Source: a virus
UHGV virus genome: UHGV-0312702
Direction: 5' to 3' (one strand)
DNA: 64,000 nt
The position numbers and the translations under genes were made by a program. Under the pieces are notes generated by a model. That model was not told the DNA's origin. It saw only the letters and a list, made by a program, of their open reading frames with translations, and did no database searches. This document shows positions 1-14,570 of this stretch, one piece after another. The stretch's first letter is position 1. Every line of letters begins with the position of its first letter.

Positions 1-4914
<4,914 letters not shown>

Positions 4915-4915
<1 letters not shown>

Positions 4916-5154
4916 TACATTTTTCCTGCTCTTCTAAGTTCATTGTAAGCAATTTCCTCTTTATACGACCTCTGAATTTCAAGAAATTGTCTCAATGATA
5001 ATAAATCAGAGAATGTCATAGCAAAGAGTTGGTCAAGTGTCTCTTTACACCCTTCCATACCATAAATAGCAAGCACAAATTTCATCTCGTCTGCTTCTTC
5101 ATAGGTTGCCTCTACAGCAGCATCAGTTAGTGGTGTCTGTAGAGTGTTACCCAT
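4915..5154 (-). CDS. putative tail assembly chaperone, 79 aa
   Basis: Small ORF between tube and tape measure genes. Confidence 0.4.
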
Positions 5155-5156
5155 GT

Positions 5157-5555
5157 TTACTGAGAAGTTAGGCTTTTGAAAATGCTTGCTTCGAAAAAAC
5201 TTCCGAAGTTTGCCTCCAGCGCAAATGCTAAGTAATCAATAAATTCACCATAGTTTGCTTGGAAGTACGTATCAATATTAAGTGGGAAGTCATCAACAGT
5301 TGCCCCTTGAAATAACAAGGTAGCCATCTCTTCTAGGTTAATTTCTTCAATTCTGTCAAAACAAGCTTCAACAAGTTCTTTAAATGGAACCATTGGAGCT
5401 TCTTTCTTATCTTTATCAGTCAGACTTGACAGCATCTGTGCAAATGTTGGAACAACAATTTTACCCAACTTCATAGACATCTTAATACCATCTCTTGCCC
5501 CAAGCAGAACGATATTTACTTTCTTACCATTAATTACTCTAGATTCTGTTTTCAT
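5157..5555 (-). CDS. putative tail assembly chaperone, 132 aa
   Basis: Small acidic ORF immediately upstream of tape measure. Confidence 0.45.
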   Translation of the reverse strand: MKTESRVINGKKVNIVLLGARDGIKMSMKLGKIVVPTFAQMLSSLTDKDKKEAPMVPFKELVEACFDRIEEINLEEMATLLFQGATVDDFPLNIDTYFQANYGEFIDYLAFALEANFGSFFEASIFKSLTSQ

Positions 5556-5580
5556 TGTGATTCCTTAATACTTTTAAAAG

Positions 5581-5618
5581 AAACAAAAAAGGGGAAGACC
5601 TTTTAAAGTCTCCCCCTT
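5581..5618 (-). terminator. rho-independent terminator after tail tube gene
   Basis: On - strand: GGGGGAGAC-loop-GGTCTTCCCC hairpin followed by TTTTTTGTTTCTTTT. Confidence 0.6.
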
Positions 5619-5628
5619 ATAGGATTTA

Positions 5629-6075
5629 TTAAACACTTGACGCTGGAATTGTAGAAGTGTAGTCTAGCTTCTCACAACCAAAAATCCAAGTTTTAGAGTT
5701 CTGGTCACGACCAAGTTCAATCTGCGGTAATTCCTGCAACCAAGCATTAATACCAGTTGCCAGAACAGAGCCTGATGGGTCGTAGATTACGAAGTTAGAA
5801 GAGATATCTTCTTCAAGTTCCATATTGTCTTGTTTAGCTTGAATTGCAGAAAGCATCTGGTTAGAGAGAGAAGTCTGCATTAACTCAATCTCAATAGTAC
5901 CTGTCTTGTCTGCATTTCTTGTCAGAGCAACTTGACCACCTGCACCAACAACTGGTGTCACAAGCGGTGATGTTCTCTGTAGACGCAAGAATGAATCTGG
6001 GGCAAAGCCTTCAATGGCAATACCATTCCAGCTACATACAACGTCTTTAGGGGAATATTGCTGATACATAGCCAT
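5629..6075 (-). CDS. putative tail tube protein, 148 aa
   Basis: Small ORF directly downstream of the sheath-sized gene and followed by a strong terminator. Confidence 0.5.
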   Translation of the reverse strand: MAMYQQYSPKDVVCSWNGIAIEGFAPDSFLRLQRTSPLVTPVVGAGGQVALTRNADKTGTIEIELMQTSLSNQMLSAIQAKQDNMELEEDISSNFVIYDPSGSVLATGINAWLQELPQIELGRDQNSKTWIFGCEKLDYTSTIPASSV

Positions 6076-6090
6076 TCCAATTTACCTCTA

Positions 6091-7443
6091 TTATTCGTAA
6101 GCCACTGTACCTTTCAAGTCAACATCCAAGATAGCCCCTGCTAAGATACCTGCGAAGGTAACATCTTTCAGGATACGAGCTTTCTTGTCTGCCAAAGCAA
6201 CTTGAGAGGCTTTAGGAACATTAACTGTGTAAGATGACAGGAAGTTTCTGTTGACTGCTCTTTGTAGAGAGGTTTCAATGACTTGACGAATACGGGTAAT
6301 ACCAGTATCATCATAAGTAATCTTACCACCCTTCTGGTTAATTAGCAAGTCTCTCAGAGAAGTTTTCAGGTCTGATTCTAACCAGTCAACGCCACGGACG
6401 ATATCAATCCATTCCCCACCAGAAGTAATCCCTCTACGAACCACTGGAACACCACCATCAAGGTCAATAAAGTTACAGTGACGTACATCTAAAGCAGACT
6501 TCTGAATACTTGTCAGAGGTCTCTGATTAGATGGTTGTAGAGAAGCTGCTACACCAGTTAGCTGAGCATTACCCCAAGCAATTGAACCTGCATCATATGG
6601 AGCACCATAAGCAATGTATGCCATCTCTGGATAGTCTTCTGCTGCTGCGTGATGCCACAAGCAAACTGTACGAGTGTACATATTCTTAGCAAGCTGTGCT
6701 GGAACATCATTTGCACTGGCTAATTCTGTACCTTGCAGGGCTGTTACATCAGAGTTAGCTGTAAAGAAGATTTTCTTGCGAGCCTGAATCTCAGAAGCCA
6801 TTGCTAAGACAAACTGTTGAGTTCTGTCTTCTGCTGCAATGAAATACCAGTCAGTAGAGTAAGCTTCGATAGCTGCCAGAGCAGTTGATGCTGTATCGGC
6901 AGTTGTACTTGCAATATACACAGTCTGTGCTGTAGTTGTTACTTTCACAAAGTCATTATCACCAGCTTTGGTAATAATCATTGTGGCAGAGCCATTGCTA
7001 CCAGTTACGTTCACAGAAACCTTATCTTTGATTGTTGGGTCAGCTTCAATCTGTGTTTTAAACTGTTGCAACACGTTTTCAGCAGTGTCTTCAGCTTGCG
7101 CTGTATACTGATATGGTTGAGAAATTCCACCGCCAGCAGCTACAGTAATTGAGTAGTCTGTACTTTCGGTAACAGCATCAGGAATTGATACAGTATACTG
7201 CATAGCACGTCTACCAATATAAAGCTGAGTTACTTTAGGAGTCTGACTCCAAAGTTGTTTAGCAGCCTTATATGCAGCAGTATTCTCATCGAAATCTTCA
7301 GCAACTTCAGTTAAGGAAGTGTAGCCACGCACTCTTTCTTCAAAGTTATCTGTTGAAGCTAAGAATAGTGGCAAACCAAAACCTTCTCTTGTAGTTCCTG
7401 CGGTGTTCAATGTAATATCTACATTAACAATTGGATTCCACAT
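6091..7443 (-). CDS. putative contractile tail sheath protein, 450 aa
   Basis: Size and position (upstream of tube, chaperones, tape measure) fit a myovirus sheath. Confidence 0.5.
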   Translation of the reverse strand: MWNPIVNVDITLNTAGTTREGFGLPLFLASTDNFEERVRGYTSLTEVAEDFDENTAAYKAAKQLWSQTPKVTQLYIGRRAMQYTVSIPDAVTESTDYSITVAAGGGISQPYQYTAQAEDTAENVLQQFKTQIEADPTIKDKVSVNVTGSNGSATMIITKAGDNDFVKVTTTAQTVYIASTTADTASTALAAIEAYSTDWYFIAAEDRTQQFVLAMASEIQARKKIFFTANSDVTALQGTELASANDVPAQLAKNMYTRTVCLWHHAAAEDYPEMAYIAYGAPYDAGSIAWGNAQLTGVAASLQPSNQRPLTSIQKSALDVRHCNFIDLDGGVPVVRRGITSGGEWIDIVRGVDWLESDLKTSLRDLLINQKGGKITYDDTGITRIRQVIETSLQRAVNRNFLSSYTVNVPKASQVALADKKARILKDVTFAGILAGAILDVDLKGTVAYE

Positions 7444-8043
7444 TTATTTTACCCCTTTGGAGTCTACATCTAGATGGATAGTATATTCTGGTGGCTCTTG
7501 TCCTTCTTCATAAACCAACTCACCATCAACAATGACACGCTCAATAATACTTCCACGTTCATCTTTCAGGACTGAATTTTTTACAAGAGTTACAACAAGA
7601 GGCGCAGAATTTTCGAAATCTGTATTGAGATAAGTGTAGTCATTAGGGATTGCTCCAGTGTCCAGCACTGTAGCTCCTGTTTCTTCAAGGATTAAATCTC
7701 TGACTGAACTCATCTCTAATCGTTGTTTAAGCTCAAGCATAACACTGTGAGCACCTTTACCATTTACCGTAATCAATACAGGAATCTGAAAAGCAATTCT
7801 GTAACAAACTACATCATCTTCAACAAACTTATCAAGAACCCAACCATAAGGTGTTGCAGCATCTTGACAATATACGGTAATAAATGGCTGGTCAGGTTTT
7901 AAACCTTTGTCATTTGAGTTATCAGAAGGGTAAGCTCTAATTACGTTTGGTCTATTATTTTTATCACGAGCTAATCTGTGACCAATAACATCCACTAAGG
8001 TTCTAACTAGACCTTTTTCAAGTTCTGCTGTTTCTAACTGCAT
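7444..8043 (-). CDS. hypothetical virion protein (tail terminator/completion region), 199 aa
   Basis: ORF in head-tail joining region. Confidence 0.4.
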   Translation of the reverse strand: MQLETAELEKGLVRTLVDVIGHRLARDKNNRPNVIRAYPSDNSNDKGLKPDQPFITVYCQDAATPYGWVLDKFVEDDVVCYRIAFQIPVLITVNGKGAHSVMLELKQRLEMSSVRDLILEETGATVLDTGAIPNDYTYLNTDFENSAPLVVTLVKNSVLKDERGSIIERVIVDGELVYEEGQEPPEYTIHLDVDSKGVK

Positions 8044-8419
8044 TCATTTTATCCCTTCTAATAATGATATATTCATAATGGGACGTATGGGCTAATTGCT
8101 GTGACCAATCCATAGTCATAAATACTTCATACTCATGACCATCAATCATAACAATATCAGACTCATTCCACTCTACATCATCTGAAGTTCTAAGTTTATA
8201 TGTAGTATACAGGATTCTTGTATCGGTTAGCCTAATACCTTCCGGTAAAGCAATCTGTGTACCGTTCTTTACAGAACCTTTGATATATGGCTGGATATTA
8301 CCTTTGCAGTTAACCTCTACAATATCTTGTGAAGCTACCCAATCACCATCATCATTATAATAACCGTCTTCAGAGACTTTACGCTTTACTACAAAGCTGT
8401 GTCTGTTTAAGAGTCTCAT
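8018..8419 (-). CDS. hypothetical head-tail connector protein, 133 aa
   Basis: ORF in late operon. Confidence 0.4.
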   Translation of the reverse strand: MRLLNRHSFVVKRKVSEDGYYNDDGDWVASQDIVEVNCKGNIQPYIKGSVKNGTQIALPEGIRLTDTRILYTTYKLRTSDDVEWNESDIVMIDGHEYEVFMTMDWSQQLAHTSHYEYIIIRRDKMNAVRNSRT

Positions 8420-8898
8420 TTTTTAATACCCTTCTTAGTAGAAATTTTATAAGCAAGGTTATCCCTTAAGTCACCTGTCTCAACAAGAGGTGCATTAAAG
8501 CCTTTTTTCTTGACTGTGGAAGGTGCGTTAGGAGGGAGGATAGCAGAATTACCAAAACCTCTTTTAATTGCCTTCTGAGCATTCTTTGCAAATGCTTCTA
8601 AGGTATTTGAAGGGTCTACGTTGAGACTGCTAAGTTGCTTATATAGATTCTTCTTAGTCTGCTCTAACAAGGTCTGTCTGTTTAGCATCATAGTGATTTC
8701 AAACAACCTACGATATACTTTACCAGAAGCTGAGGGAACCCCAATAACTTCTTGTAAATACATTAAAGCAGGATAAGAAAAACCAGAGCTATGTTGACCT
8801 TGTTCTTGAAAATACCCAACTTGAGCATTAGCCGTTTGCAAGTTCTTCATAGCCCCGACTAATTTTGCTCTAGCGGGGTGAATAACCCTTTTAACCAT
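8416..8898 (-). CDS. hypothetical head-tail connector protein, 160 aa
   Basis: ORF in late operon, overlapping stop/start with neighbours. Confidence 0.4.
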   Translation of the reverse strand: MVKRVIHPARAKLVGAMKNLQTANAQVGYFQEQGQHSSGFSYPALMYLQEVIGVPSASGKVYRRLFEITMMLNRQTLLEQTKKNLYKQLSSLNVDPSNTLEAFAKNAQKAIKRGFGNSAILPPNAPSTVKKKGFNAPLVETGDLRDNLAYKISTKKGIKK

Positions 8899-9347
8899 TA
8901 TTCATCTCGCTCGATAATAAATACGCCATTAACACGGTTGCAGTAATCTCTGCCCTCGTATCTGGCAGCATCACCATATTCTGTGTATTTCTTGACAGAG
9001 CAAGGATTTTGACGACGCATGTCAATATCGCACTGGTTAATACCACCTGCATAGGGTAGTCCTGAAACAGAGCTTTTAACAAGGTCATCATAAACAGCTT
9101 TCAGAGATTTGAATCTGGAAGAGTTACGTAAATAAACACCACCAACCTTCTCATCTCCCATCTTGGCTACTTGAAAGAGTAAATATTTAAGAGCTTTGAT
9201 GGCTGCTTTCTTTTCATCCTTTCCAGATTCTAGATAGAACCACTCTAGCACAGACTGCTCAATAAGAATTTCATCATTATTGGTGTCTGTGCAGAGGATT
9301 CTTACTCTATCAAGAGGGTTATTGGCTGGGTCGCCTGTATAACACAT
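8898..9347 (-). CDS. hypothetical head completion protein, 149 aa
   Basis: ORF directly downstream of major capsid gene. Confidence 0.4.
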   Translation of the reverse strand: MCYTGDPANNPLDRVRILCTDTNNDEILIEQSVLEWFYLESGKDEKKAAIKALKYLLFQVAKMGDEKVGGVYLRNSSRFKSLKAVYDDLVKSSVSGLPYAGGINQCDIDMRRQNPCSVKKYTEYGDAARYEGRDYCNRVNGVFIIERDE

Positions 9348-9368
9348 TCATAACCCTCCTTAAGAATA

Positions 9369-10475
9369 TTATTCGCCTTTAGCATCAGCGCGAACATCTA
9401 CCAGCAACTGAGGACGAGTACAGTATGGCAGCATGTAAGAGTGAGCTTCGAAGTCAATACCTTCGTCACGGTCTTTTTCGTATTCGAATACGTACAGTTC
9501 CTGACCAAGTGTATTTGCGTAACCCATCTTAGGACATGGACCATATGCAACTTCGAAGATGTTGTTAGCTTCACCCAGCATAGATACGTTAGGGAAAGCA
9601 TGACCAACACCAACAGTGTCTGCTACGCTGTCAATGCTCACCAGAGTGTGAACCTTACCACGCTTGTCTTTGAACTTACCGTTGTACTGGACAAACTTAA
9701 CACCACCGTAGTAGAAAGTGTTCATGTGAGCCTGAACGCCGTCAGTACCACCAGTTCTCAGAGAACCAGTAATCTGTTGCCAAGCCAGCGGAGTCTGCTG
9801 TGCAAGATAAGCGTCACGAATCTTAGGATGCTTAGTCAGCTTGCTGAAGAATACACGGTCAACAACTACGTGAATTTCTTCACCGTTGATTACAGTGCCA
9901 GTCTTAGCTTCGTCTTCCATGTGCATACGAAGTTCTTCAATAGAAGCGTCGATGTCAGCATTAGGGTTGTCAAGGTCGAAGTAAATAGTCTTCTTCTCAA
10001 CGTCGAACTGCTTGTACAGGTCAGCGTACAGAGTACCACGAGCATCAACAACTTTACCCTTCAGAGCTTGCATGAACAGGAACTCACGAGTAATATCGAA
10101 CTTGGTACGAATCTTCATCAGCTTCTTAGCACGTACTACAGCTTCAGTAGTCAGTTCGTTTGCAGTGCCTGGCTGACGTACACCCTGAATTTCATCAGGA
10201 GTAATGCTTTCAACTTCTTTGAAGTACATCATTGGGAAGCTGATTTGACGAACACGCTCAGGTGCGCTAGTCTCTGCTTTACGGCTGTCACGGTCTACCG
10301 CATCAAGCAAGCTAACATCCCAATCAGTCAAGTCCATAAGGAAAGTAGTTTGGGTGATTGGTGCTGAACGGAACAGACCTAAGTTGGAAATATACCCATA
10401 AGTATTTGGGATAGACTGGACTTCACCAGTCAGGTCAGCAAGGAAAAATCTGCTTTTTTCAGAATTAGTCAACAT
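9369..10475 (-). CDS. major capsid protein (HK97-fold-like), 368 aa
   Basis: Position immediately after protease/scaffold and decoration-sized ORF; size typical of an HK97-like capsid protein. Confidence 0.7.
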   Translation of the reverse strand: MLTNSEKSRFFLADLTGEVQSIPNTYGYISNLGLFRSAPITQTTFLMDLTDWDVSLLDAVDRDSRKAETSAPERVRQISFPMMYFKEVESITPDEIQGVRQPGTANELTTEAVVRAKKLMKIRTKFDITREFLFMQALKGKVVDARGTLYADLYKQFDVEKKTIYFDLDNPNADIDASIEELRMHMEDEAKTGTVINGEEIHVVVDRVFFSKLTKHPKIRDAYLAQQTPLAWQQITGSLRTGGTDGVQAHMNTFYYGGVKFVQYNGKFKDKRGKVHTLVSIDSVADTVGVGHAFPNVSMLGEANNIFEVAYGPCPKMGYANTLGQELYVFEYEKDRDEGIDFEAHSYMLPYCTRPQLLVDVRADAKGE

Positions 10476-10508
10476 TGTAAAATTCTCCAGAATGTCTTAT
10501 TATTGTTA

Positions 10509-10886
10509 TTACAGGCCAGTTGGTACGAAATCAATACCTTTAGCAGCCAGAGCTGTCTTGACTGCATCAGCATCAACACCTGATTCAAGAGTAAGCAGGT
10601 CTTTTAGCTCTGCGTCACGGTAGATACCAACAACTTTCAACTGACCGTGGTAAGACAGTTGCAGGTCTGCATAAAAGTTAACGATACATACTGAATCAGC
10701 CTGAGCTTCTTGCCCTGCTGTAACCTTAGTACCGTCTGCTTTCAGAACTTCACCTACACGGTATTCTGTTGAAGCAACCGGAGTGTACTCTTTACGAGAG
10801 TGGCCTGTTGGGGTAATCTGTTCCCAAAGAATGATATCATTCAGAGGTTCTCTTTTACCTAACTTAGTAAAACCTTGATATGCCAT
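10509..10886 (-). CDS. hypothetical head protein (possible decoration protein), 125 aa
   Basis: ORF between protease/scaffold and capsid genes. Confidence 0.4.
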   Translation of the reverse strand: MAYQGFTKLGKREPLNDIILWEQITPTGHSRKEYTPVASTEYRVGEVLKADGTKVTAGQEAQADSVCIVNFYADLQLSYHGQLKVVGIYRDAELKDLLTLESGVDADAVKTALAAKGIDFVPTGL

Positions 10887-10897
10887 TATTGTGTTCC

Positions 10898-12244
10898 TTA
10901 TTTGATAAGAGATTTTAGAGCATTCTGGAGAGCCAGTTTGCGTTGTTCAGCGGTGTCTTCGGAAGCATTCTTAGCTGGTTCTTTTTCTTCTTCAACCAAA
11001 TCAGCTTCGCCGTCATTACCCACTTCTTCCATAGCATTGGAATGTTCAAGAACAGCACCAGCAGTTTCTTTCAGCTTGGTAATTTCTGATTCTTTTTCTT
11101 CCATTGCAGAAGCATGGGACGCGATAGTTTCATTAAGTTTCTGGTTAGCACCTTCCATAGCATTCATAAACAGAACACTCAGAGGGTTATCAAGACCAGC
11201 ACCTAAAATAGTCGTTGCAGCTTCTTTTGCGTCAAATCCAAAAGCTTCAGCAGAAGCAGAAATCTTATTAGTCAAATCTGACAAAGCAGCTTCCTGTTCT
11301 TTAGCTTTCATTTGAGCAACCTGAAGACGCAAAGCTTCTAGTTCTTGCTTTTCTTGTTCAGTCATTTCTTCACCTGAATTGTTAACGTTTAAACTTACAG
11401 GAGCCTCTTCAGAACCTTGTAAGTAATTTAAGAAATCATCTTGAGACATGATTGAGTTAATTAAACCAAGTTCAAGAGCTTCCTGAGCAGAATAAACATT
11501 CGCCTCAGTATTCTTTACAGCTTCTTCAGAGAGATTACGCGATTCAGCTACAAAGCCTGTAAAGGTTGCGTAGGTATCATTAATTCTCTTTTGAAGTCTT
11601 TCTTTGCTTTCTTCTGAAAGTGCTTGGAATGGTGAACCCATACCTTTAAACTCACCAGCTTTGATGACGTTAATTGTTACGCCATTCTTTTCAAATGCCT
11701 TAGTTAATTCCTGATGAACCATGATTACACCAATAGAACCAACATCTGCATCTGGTGATGCAATAATTTCTTCAGCAGAAGATGCAAGAGCGTATGCAGC
11801 GGAACAAGCGAACTCATCTACATAGGCAATAATTTTCTTTTGGCCTCTTGAAGCCATGATGTGACGTGCTAATTCAAAGCAACCTGAAGCTTCACCACCA
11901 CCAGAATCAATGTGCAGAACAATAGTCTTGATTGACTCATCTGCTAAAGCTTCGTCAAAGCCTCTACGTAAACCCTCATAAGAGCTTAAGCCACCTGTAC
12001 ACATTGCATCAATGAATGTCATACGATGGGTTAAACCACCCATAATAGGGATAATAGCAATATCATCTTTTACTTTTAAAAGACTTCTTGCTTCACCTTT
12101 GGGTTTATCAAAGTTTACTGCTGCTTGGACATCACCCAGCAATCTGTTATTCACATAAGTTGCTGCTGAGTGAGCTAATGATTCAGTGGCTAGTAAAGGT
12201 TGGTTGAATAATCTATCAGCAAGTCTGAAGATATTCGAACTCAT
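10898..12244 (-). CDS. prohead protease (S49/ClpP-like) fused to scaffold-like C-terminus, 448 aa
   Basis: N-terminal half has SppA/S49-like motifs (HIDSGGGEASG ... CSAAYALAS); C-terminal half is a charged coiled-coil (EEMTEQEKQELEALRLQVAQMKAKEQEA). Confidence 0.75.
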   Translation of the reverse strand: MSSNIFRLADRLFNQPLLATESLAHSAATYVNNRLLGDVQAAVNFDKPKGEARSLLKVKDDIAIIPIMGGLTHRMTFIDAMCTGGLSSYEGLRRGFDEALADESIKTIVLHIDSGGGEASGCFELARHIMASRGQKKIIAYVDEFACSAAYALASSAEEIIASPDADVGSIGVIMVHQELTKAFEKNGVTINVIKAGEFKGMGSPFQALSEESKERLQKRINDTYATFTGFVAESRNLSEEAVKNTEANVYSAQEALELGLINSIMSQDDFLNYLQGSEEAPVSLNVNNSGEEMTEQEKQELEALRLQVAQMKAKEQEAALSDLTNKISASAEAFGFDAKEAATTILGAGLDNPLSVLFMNAMEGANQKLNETIASHASAMEEKESEITKLKETAGAVLEHSNAMEEVGNDGEADLVEEEKEPAKNASEDTAEQRKLALQNALKSLIK

Positions 12245-12255
12245 TTTTACTCACC

Positions 12256-12588
12256 CTATTTGTTTAAATCTACAGAGACTGAAGAGATAACATAGATACC
12301 TTCTTCAGCAAAGAATTGAGGTTTGCTAAGAGCACCAGTTGCCACGCATTTATCGTTAGCATCCCACAAGCTATAGTGTGAGACCGTTGCAGAAGCTGGA
12401 ACAGTAATATTAACTGTGTCTTCTGAGGCAATTAAGCCGTTATCCGGTTCAGAAAAATAAATAGCCACTGGCTGAGTAACCTTATTTGCTGTAGGGTCTG
12501 CCGTTGGGTCTACATTGTGTAAAATAATAGTCGTTGGGGTTAGCGTGGCGAGGATTTTATTCTTACCATCAATAGTTAATGTTCCCAT
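12256..12588 (-). CDS. hypothetical protein, 110 aa
   Basis: ORF in head morphogenesis region. Confidence 0.4.
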   Translation of the reverse strand: MGTLTIDGKNKILATLTPTTIILHNVDPTADPTANKVTQPVAIYFSEPDNGLIASEDTVNITVPASATVSHYSLWDANDKCVATGALSKPQFFAEEGIYVISSVSVDLNK

Positions 12589-13088
12589 TAATTAAACCTT
12601 ACTTTTTGTTTAAGGACTGTTGAATGGTTACCAGATTCATCTACCACATTTACAATCATATCATATACTTTACCTTTGACAAGTACTTTGTAATCATTTT
12701 GTGAAAAAATGTATTCAAGTCTGTTTGTTTCTTTATTAACTGTCATTGGAGATTGAAATGCAGTGTCGAGGGTAATGAAAGCGGCTTCAATGCTATTAAC
12801 ATTGATACGTTTATTCTCGCAGTTATATAACTTTACACCCAAAAGGCATGAACTGTCAAATGGAATTTTAACAATTTCACTACAATTTCCTGAAATAAAC
12901 GATTTTCCACTCATTGGTGCATCAAGTAACCTACAAATAGTGAAAACGTCAGAGGTTCCACCATCACTAACATAACCTGAAAGGTTGACCCTTGAGCCAA
13001 CCTCTACAGATAACTTGTCAGTGATGATAAGAACACCTCTATACGAATGCACTCGTGTAGCATTTGAAATAGAGATAACTTCAGCCAT
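12588..13088 (-). CDS. hypothetical protein, 166 aa
   Basis: ORF in head morphogenesis region. Confidence 0.4.
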   Translation of the reverse strand: MAEVISISNATRVHSYRGVLIITDKLSVEVGSRVNLSGYVSDGGTSDVFTICRLLDAPMSGKSFISGNCSEIVKIPFDSSCLLGVKLYNCENKRINVNSIEAAFITLDTAFQSPMTVNKETNRLEYIFSQNDYKVLVKGKVYDMIVNVVDESGNHSTVLKQKVRFN

Positions 13089-14563
13089 TATTTATTTGCC
13101 TTATTTGCTGTGCTTGGGTCTTTCGCTGAAGGTGTCTTTGCGGTACCTTCTCCAGCGGTCTTATAACCATCTCCTGAGCGGCTTTGGCTATTTGGAGAAA
13201 GTTTCTCAGATACTGGCTGAGACTCATCAGCAGGAGGAAGACCAATATGCTCTCTAAGCTTGTTAGATAGTTCCTTATCAACTTCCAAAGCACCCACTGC
13301 AACAGTCTTCTGAATATAAGAACCAATTACTTCAAGGTCTGGAGTTTCGATATCATCATATGTAATCTGCACATGTTCTTCATCATCCCACATATTAAGA
13401 GCATAAGTCTGTGCAACTAAATCGCGGTTAATTACGTTCTTAATTTGCTTCAGCAGAATATCTACTGACATTGCCAGTAAGCTTGTCTTAGAATCTGCAA
13501 GAGAGAATGAACCATATTTTGACTGACCCATAGCAAGAACATCTGACATGAATGCCATCATAATCTGCTTGGAATATCTGTCAATAATAGAACCTGTGTC
13601 ATATGCTTTAGCACCCTGTCTAGAAACTAATGAGAACTCAAAAATATCCTCTTTAGTATCTGGGTCGATATATCTAGGCCAGATTAAACCTGCTCTATCA
13701 TTAGCAATCATGTCATTGACAACAGTTTTGCAGTATTGTACGAAAGCTTTCTTTTCAGGTTCTGCGTTTTCATCGAGATAATCTGGTGGCAAACCAATCT
13801 TTGGCATACCTACCAAGTCTCTTGAAACACCAACAGCTTCATACTCTTCAATCTGTACTTTATACTTCCACGGTACATAGGCATTAAGTAATGGTGAACG
13901 ACCTTCTGGGTTTCCATATTCATCATCATACTTAAACAGCATGAATTTAGCTCGTGGAAGTTTTCTTGTTAGTGGTCTTTCTCCGAGATTAATTGCTCCA
14001 GCAATATGTGAAACATTTCTCAGATTCTGTCTAACACCAGTAACTTTTCTAAAGTCTTCGTCAAAATACCACTTATCAAGTGTTGACTGGTTTCTGATTG
14101 GTAATTTAGCCCATCCAATTAAACCGTCATCAAATTTTGACTGGTACTTTCCTTTCTTACCCTGACGTTTCTTATAAACCTTTTCATTAACACAGAACCC
14201 ATAAGTGCAGAATGACATTACAGAATTAATAAAATCTGCCCAATCATGCTCCATGTCATCCATTAAAGAATTAAAGAAGTCTGCTCTTTCAAGCATTTTA
14301 GGGTCTTGCTCTTTTCCCTTTGGAGGTACGAATCTCCAGTTGACTTTTCTGACAAACATCTTAATAATATTTACAGATGCTGCTACAGCAGGGTCACGCA
14401 TCATTAATTGGAAAGTTTTAATACTTTCAGGGAACCTTAGTGCCTGACGAGGTTCTTCATAGATTCTTCCATTCTTAACCTTCAGACCCAAAGAACCTAC
14501 TTCACCCATTCTAAATGGTGGTAAGCTTTCTTGTGTTTCTGTAATATCTGCCATTCTTCTCAC
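13088..14563 (-). CDS. portal protein, 491 aa
   Basis: Large ORF immediately downstream of terminase large subunit. Confidence 0.65.
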   Translation of the reverse strand: MRRMADITETQESLPPFRMGEVGSLGLKVKNGRIYEEPRQALRFPESIKTFQLMMRDPAVAASVNIIKMFVRKVNWRFVPPKGKEQDPKMLERADFFNSLMDDMEHDWADFINSVMSFCTYGFCVNEKVYKKRQGKKGKYQSKFDDGLIGWAKLPIRNQSTLDKWYFDEDFRKVTGVRQNLRNVSHIAGAINLGERPLTRKLPRAKFMLFKYDDEYGNPEGRSPLLNAYVPWKYKVQIEEYEAVGVSRDLVGMPKIGLPPDYLDENAEPEKKAFVQYCKTVVNDMIANDRAGLIWPRYIDPDTKEDIFEFSLVSRQGAKAYDTGSIIDRYSKQIMMAFMSDVLAMGQSKYGSFSLADSKTSLLAMSVDILLKQIKNVINRDLVAQTYALNMWDDEEHVQITYDDIETPDLEVIGSYIQKTVAVGALEVDKELSNKLREHIGLPPADESQPVSEKLSPNSQSRSGDGYKTAGEGTAKTPSAKDPSTANKANK

Positions 14564-14570
14564 CTAGCTA

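Noticed and set aside
9441-10367. 308-aa + strand ORF
   Set aside because: Lies entirely antisense to the major capsid gene and is low-complexity; treated as a shadow ORF. The same applies to other + strand ORFs inside the structural module (1706-1999, 2002-2259, 3081-3398, 10875-11315, 14691-15107).
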